Shown here: positions 60,206 through 64,000 of the stretch, piece after piece | Numbering within the stretch: the first letter of the stretch is position 1 | How the letters are laid out: the number at the start of each line of letters is the position of its first letter | DNA from: Eledone cirrhosa | Taxonomy: Eukaryota | Direction: 5' to 3' | DNA: 64,000 nt | NCBI GenBank assembly: GCA_964016885.1 | Contig: OZ024742.1 | Span: 26,908,001-26,972,000 of the forward strand | Translations under genes and position numbers: made by a program | The notes under the pieces: generated by a model | Databases searched by the model: none | Told to the model about the DNA's origin: nothing | What the model saw: the letters and a program-made list of their open reading frames with translations, nothing else

Positions 60206-62854
60206 CAGAGAGAGGGAGAGAGAGAGGGAGGGAGAGAGAGAGATATGGTGGTGAGAAAAAAAGAAACAGTTGCCGTGAAATAAAGTCGCTAATTGCCTTC
60301 TGTAACCTCAGTGACGAGAAATAATGACTCTGGGTTATATTACAATTTTATGTGTATGCAATTTGAATAAAGAAATGGCATATCTCTAATGGTCAGTGAT
60401 TACCGTACATATATAGTTATCCCTAGCAACAGTATATGGTGAAAGTGTTAAATGAGACCTAATTCTCTTGGCAATTTATTATGGAGTTTCATAATTGTGT
60501 CCACTAACTGAACATTGGTTGGCCCCTAACCAGACGTCATTCGATGCATACGTTGTCATTACTTCTCCTACATAATCTCTTGACATAATTTGTCTTTCAA
60601 TCAATATGATACAGGTAAGTTTGTCATTAGAGAGCTTACATGGCTATTGGTCTCATGAAGTTTGCTTCTCATCTAGGTCGTTTCGTGGTCAGTCCTACTA
60701 TGAGATATTTCGGGCAGGTATAAATAGCTATAGACCCGAGTTGATCTATTCATTCTGATTGACATTTTGCGGATGAGAGCTATGCAGATGCCTGTTTTTT
60801 AAGTCAGTCGTGTTTTGGTTTAGAAGCTGTGAGTCTTAATATCCCATAGAATTATAACAGTAAATATCTAAAAGCAGTTTTGTTAATAAAATGTGTATTG
60901 TATCTATACTACTGAACATATTCTTATAACTATTTACAGTAAACTACAGTAAAGATTTTACTTCTATATATGATTCAATAATAATATTTTGTGGTTTTGA
61001 AGAAATTCTTGTGTGTGAGGTTTCATGCGATACAGGACGTTAAGCAGTAATTTGTTGACACTTTTCTGTTACGCTTAATCTATGTGGAAGATAAGTTAAT
61101 GTTGCACATTTATATCTAACGATCAGCCCCTTGCAGAGCACCGAAAGGCTTTGTTGATGTTCGAGCGACTAGAACACGCATCGGCGAAATGGACGGAGAT
61201 CCAACACTTAAAATGTGCTTAACTCATGGACACCAGAATACAAATCATATTCGACTTAGGTGGGGTTTGAACTCAACGCAAGCGATATCGAAATATACCC
61301 TATAAAGCATTAACTTTATTATATCCTCACCCGCTTCTACTAGTTCACCGACATTAGAACGTAATAACAATTAGAAATGTGTTTTCTTCCAAACTGTTTT
61401 AGTTTAAAAGCACAACAAGCCGTTATTTGTGTTAGACTCTAGAGTGATAAATGTCAATGCTATTATCCTAAAATGTCGAATTAAAAGAACTGGTGGCGGA
61501 CCTTATGACATTTCTTATTGCTGTATTCATTCATTATTCTCATTATTTCATTCATTTAGAAGTATACTCGATATTTTGGATACAATATTTTATGATTAGA
61601 GAAAATAATGTAGTTCTAATTTATAACATAATTTTATATTAGAAAACAAATAAATTGCTACTAAATATAGATGGTCGACACCCATCACAACATATTCTTG
61701 CATTAGTAAACAAAACTGATAATGGACTGCTTGATAGGAGACTAATAGATGTTATGTTGCAAATAAATCCTGTAACCTAGTATTCGAATATCATACGCAA
61801 TTGTTAATAATGGTTTCCAATTTAGGCACAGGACCAACAATTTGAGAGGAGATGAATGCTGATTTTATTGAACCCTGTGCGTTTCTGATACATTATTTTT
61901 CCACCTCGTACGGATAAAAGGCAAAACTATACTCTTGGCGAGATTTGAACTCAGAACGTAAAGAGCGATAATTATATTGTCGAGGGTTTTATGCAATGGT
62001 CTGACCCGTGGGATAGAGTGCGCTGATTTGGTTGAGTCGGATGGAATGCTTAACGGTATTCGTCCCGGCTCTCTGCTCTCAGAGTTCAATTCACACCGAT
62101 GTCAATTTTCATTTTTTCGAGTTCGACAAAAAAATTACTTGTCTAGTACTGGGGTCGATCCTTCTTCTATATTTCTTTCTCACTTCCTTTCTCTCACTTT
62201 CTCTCCTTCTTAGAAAGAAATCTGCTGTACTCAGGCCTGGAGTGGGATGGGATTCGACAGGCTTAAGATATCCACGGCGCCTATACAACTCCATCAGGAG
62301 TTTCGGCAAGAAAAAAAAAATAACTGCCTTAACAATCCTTTGAAGTAAATTTCAATTCATAAACAAATTCCTTATGATTAGATCGAAGGATGTTTCATTT
62401 GAATGAAATGTCAAATAAGATTATTGCATTAAAAGATTAATTAAATAGAAAAACAATTCCAAATTTAACTAAGAAACACATGTATTAATAGATGACATTT
62501 CAACATTATAAAATTCATACCAACATTCAACATCACATTTATTTAATGCTACGTATCCCTTCCATTTTTTTACCAATTCTTCATTCTCAAATGGCTATAT
62601 ACGTAGATTTTCATAATAGAACCTTTCTCAAGCTTGTGATCAATTCCATATAGAATCGATGACACGTAAAGTATGAGTTAATGAGATTGTAATGTGACAA
62701 GGAAGCACCATATTCTGGTTCCCGGTCACATATTCATGTTGGGGCAACCATGTTGACTTTTCCTAATAGGAATTATCATTCCTACATCATTGTAACACGA
62801 AATATATTCTTATTCATCGAACACAGAATTTTACACGATATACTTCCACTTCTC

Positions 62855-64000
62855 TTAGCTACTTCTATATATACCTACTTCTATATATACCTACATCTAT
62901 ATATAGCTACTTCTATATATAGCTACTTCTATATATAGCTACTTCTATATATTGCTACTTCTATATATACCTACATCTATATATACCTACTTCTATATAT
63001 ACCTACTTCTATATATACCTACTTCTATATATCACTACTTCTATATTTATCTATTTCTATATATACCTACTTCTATATGTACCACCTACTTCTACATATA
63101 CCTACGTCTATATATAGCTACTTCTATATATACCTACTTCTATATATATCTACTTCTATATATACCTATTCTATATACACCTACTTCTATATATACCTAC
63201 TTCTATATATACCTACTTCTATATATACCTACTTCTATATATACCTACTTCTACATATAGCTACTTCTATATATAGCTGCTTCTATATATACCTACTTCT
63301 ATATATACCTACTTCTACATATACCTACTTCTATATATACCTACTTCTATATATAAATACTTCTGCATATACCTACTTCTAAATATACCTACTTATATAT
63401 ATAGCTACTTCTATATATACCTACTTCTATATATACCTACTTCTACATATACCTACTTCTATATATACCTACTTCCATATATACCTACTTCTATATATAC
63501 CTCATTCTACATATACCTATTTCTATATATACCAACTTCTACATATACCTACTTCTATATATACCTCCTTCTACATATACCTACTTCTATATATACCTAA
63601 TTCCATATATACCTACTTCTACGTATACCTATTTCTATATATACATTATTCTATATATACCTACTTCTATATATACCACCTACTTCTACATATACCTACA
63701 TCTATATATAGCTACTTCTATATATACATACTTCTACATATACCTACTTCTATATATGCTACTTCTATATATACACTCTTCTATATATACCTACTTCTAT
63801 ATATACCTACTTCTATATATGCTACTTCCATATATACCTACTTCTATATATACCTACTTCTATATATACATACTTCTATATATATACCGACTTCTACATA
63901 TACTTACTTCTATATATACCTACTTCTACATATACCTACTTCTATATATAGCTACTTCTATATATACCTACTTCTATATATACCTACTTCTATATATACC
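62855..64000. repeat. 16-bp satellite (ACCTACTTCTATATAT)n, ~70 copies, cut by the right window edge
   Basis: Directly visible periodicity. Confidence 0.97.

Noticed and set aside
62750-63382. Tyr/Ile-rich ORFs at the right end
   Set aside because: Translations of the 16-bp satellite.

Overview
AT-rich, repeat-dominated eukaryotic DNA. The SINE families and microsatellite load suggest an Octopus-like cephalopod (inference). I could not support any host protein-coding gene, and almost all track ORFs are microsatellite or antisense artefacts. Contents: a 44-bp purine-strand satellite (1-5258); a full-length but inactivated L1/Tx1-type LINE with a 15-bp TSD (7088-12907); a second, rearranged Tx1-type LINE (~18250-20598, minus); decayed R4/Dong-type and RTE LINE fragments; many tRNA-derived SINEs; mariner-type MITEs; a 16-bp satellite at the right edge. 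The main signal is about ten sequence-unrelated short element families, mostly embedded in (TA)n tracts and often forming fold-back palindromes, nearly all carrying a complete or partial minimal type-I hammerhead ribozyme motif. They include a ~430-bp hammerhead tandem array with an internal inversion (32991-35300). A Penelope-like GIY-YIG endonuclease fragment with the same fold-back geometry (49395-50139) is the likely type of autonomous partner. Ribozyme folds were made by eye and their activity is untested. Boundaries of decayed repeats are approximate.
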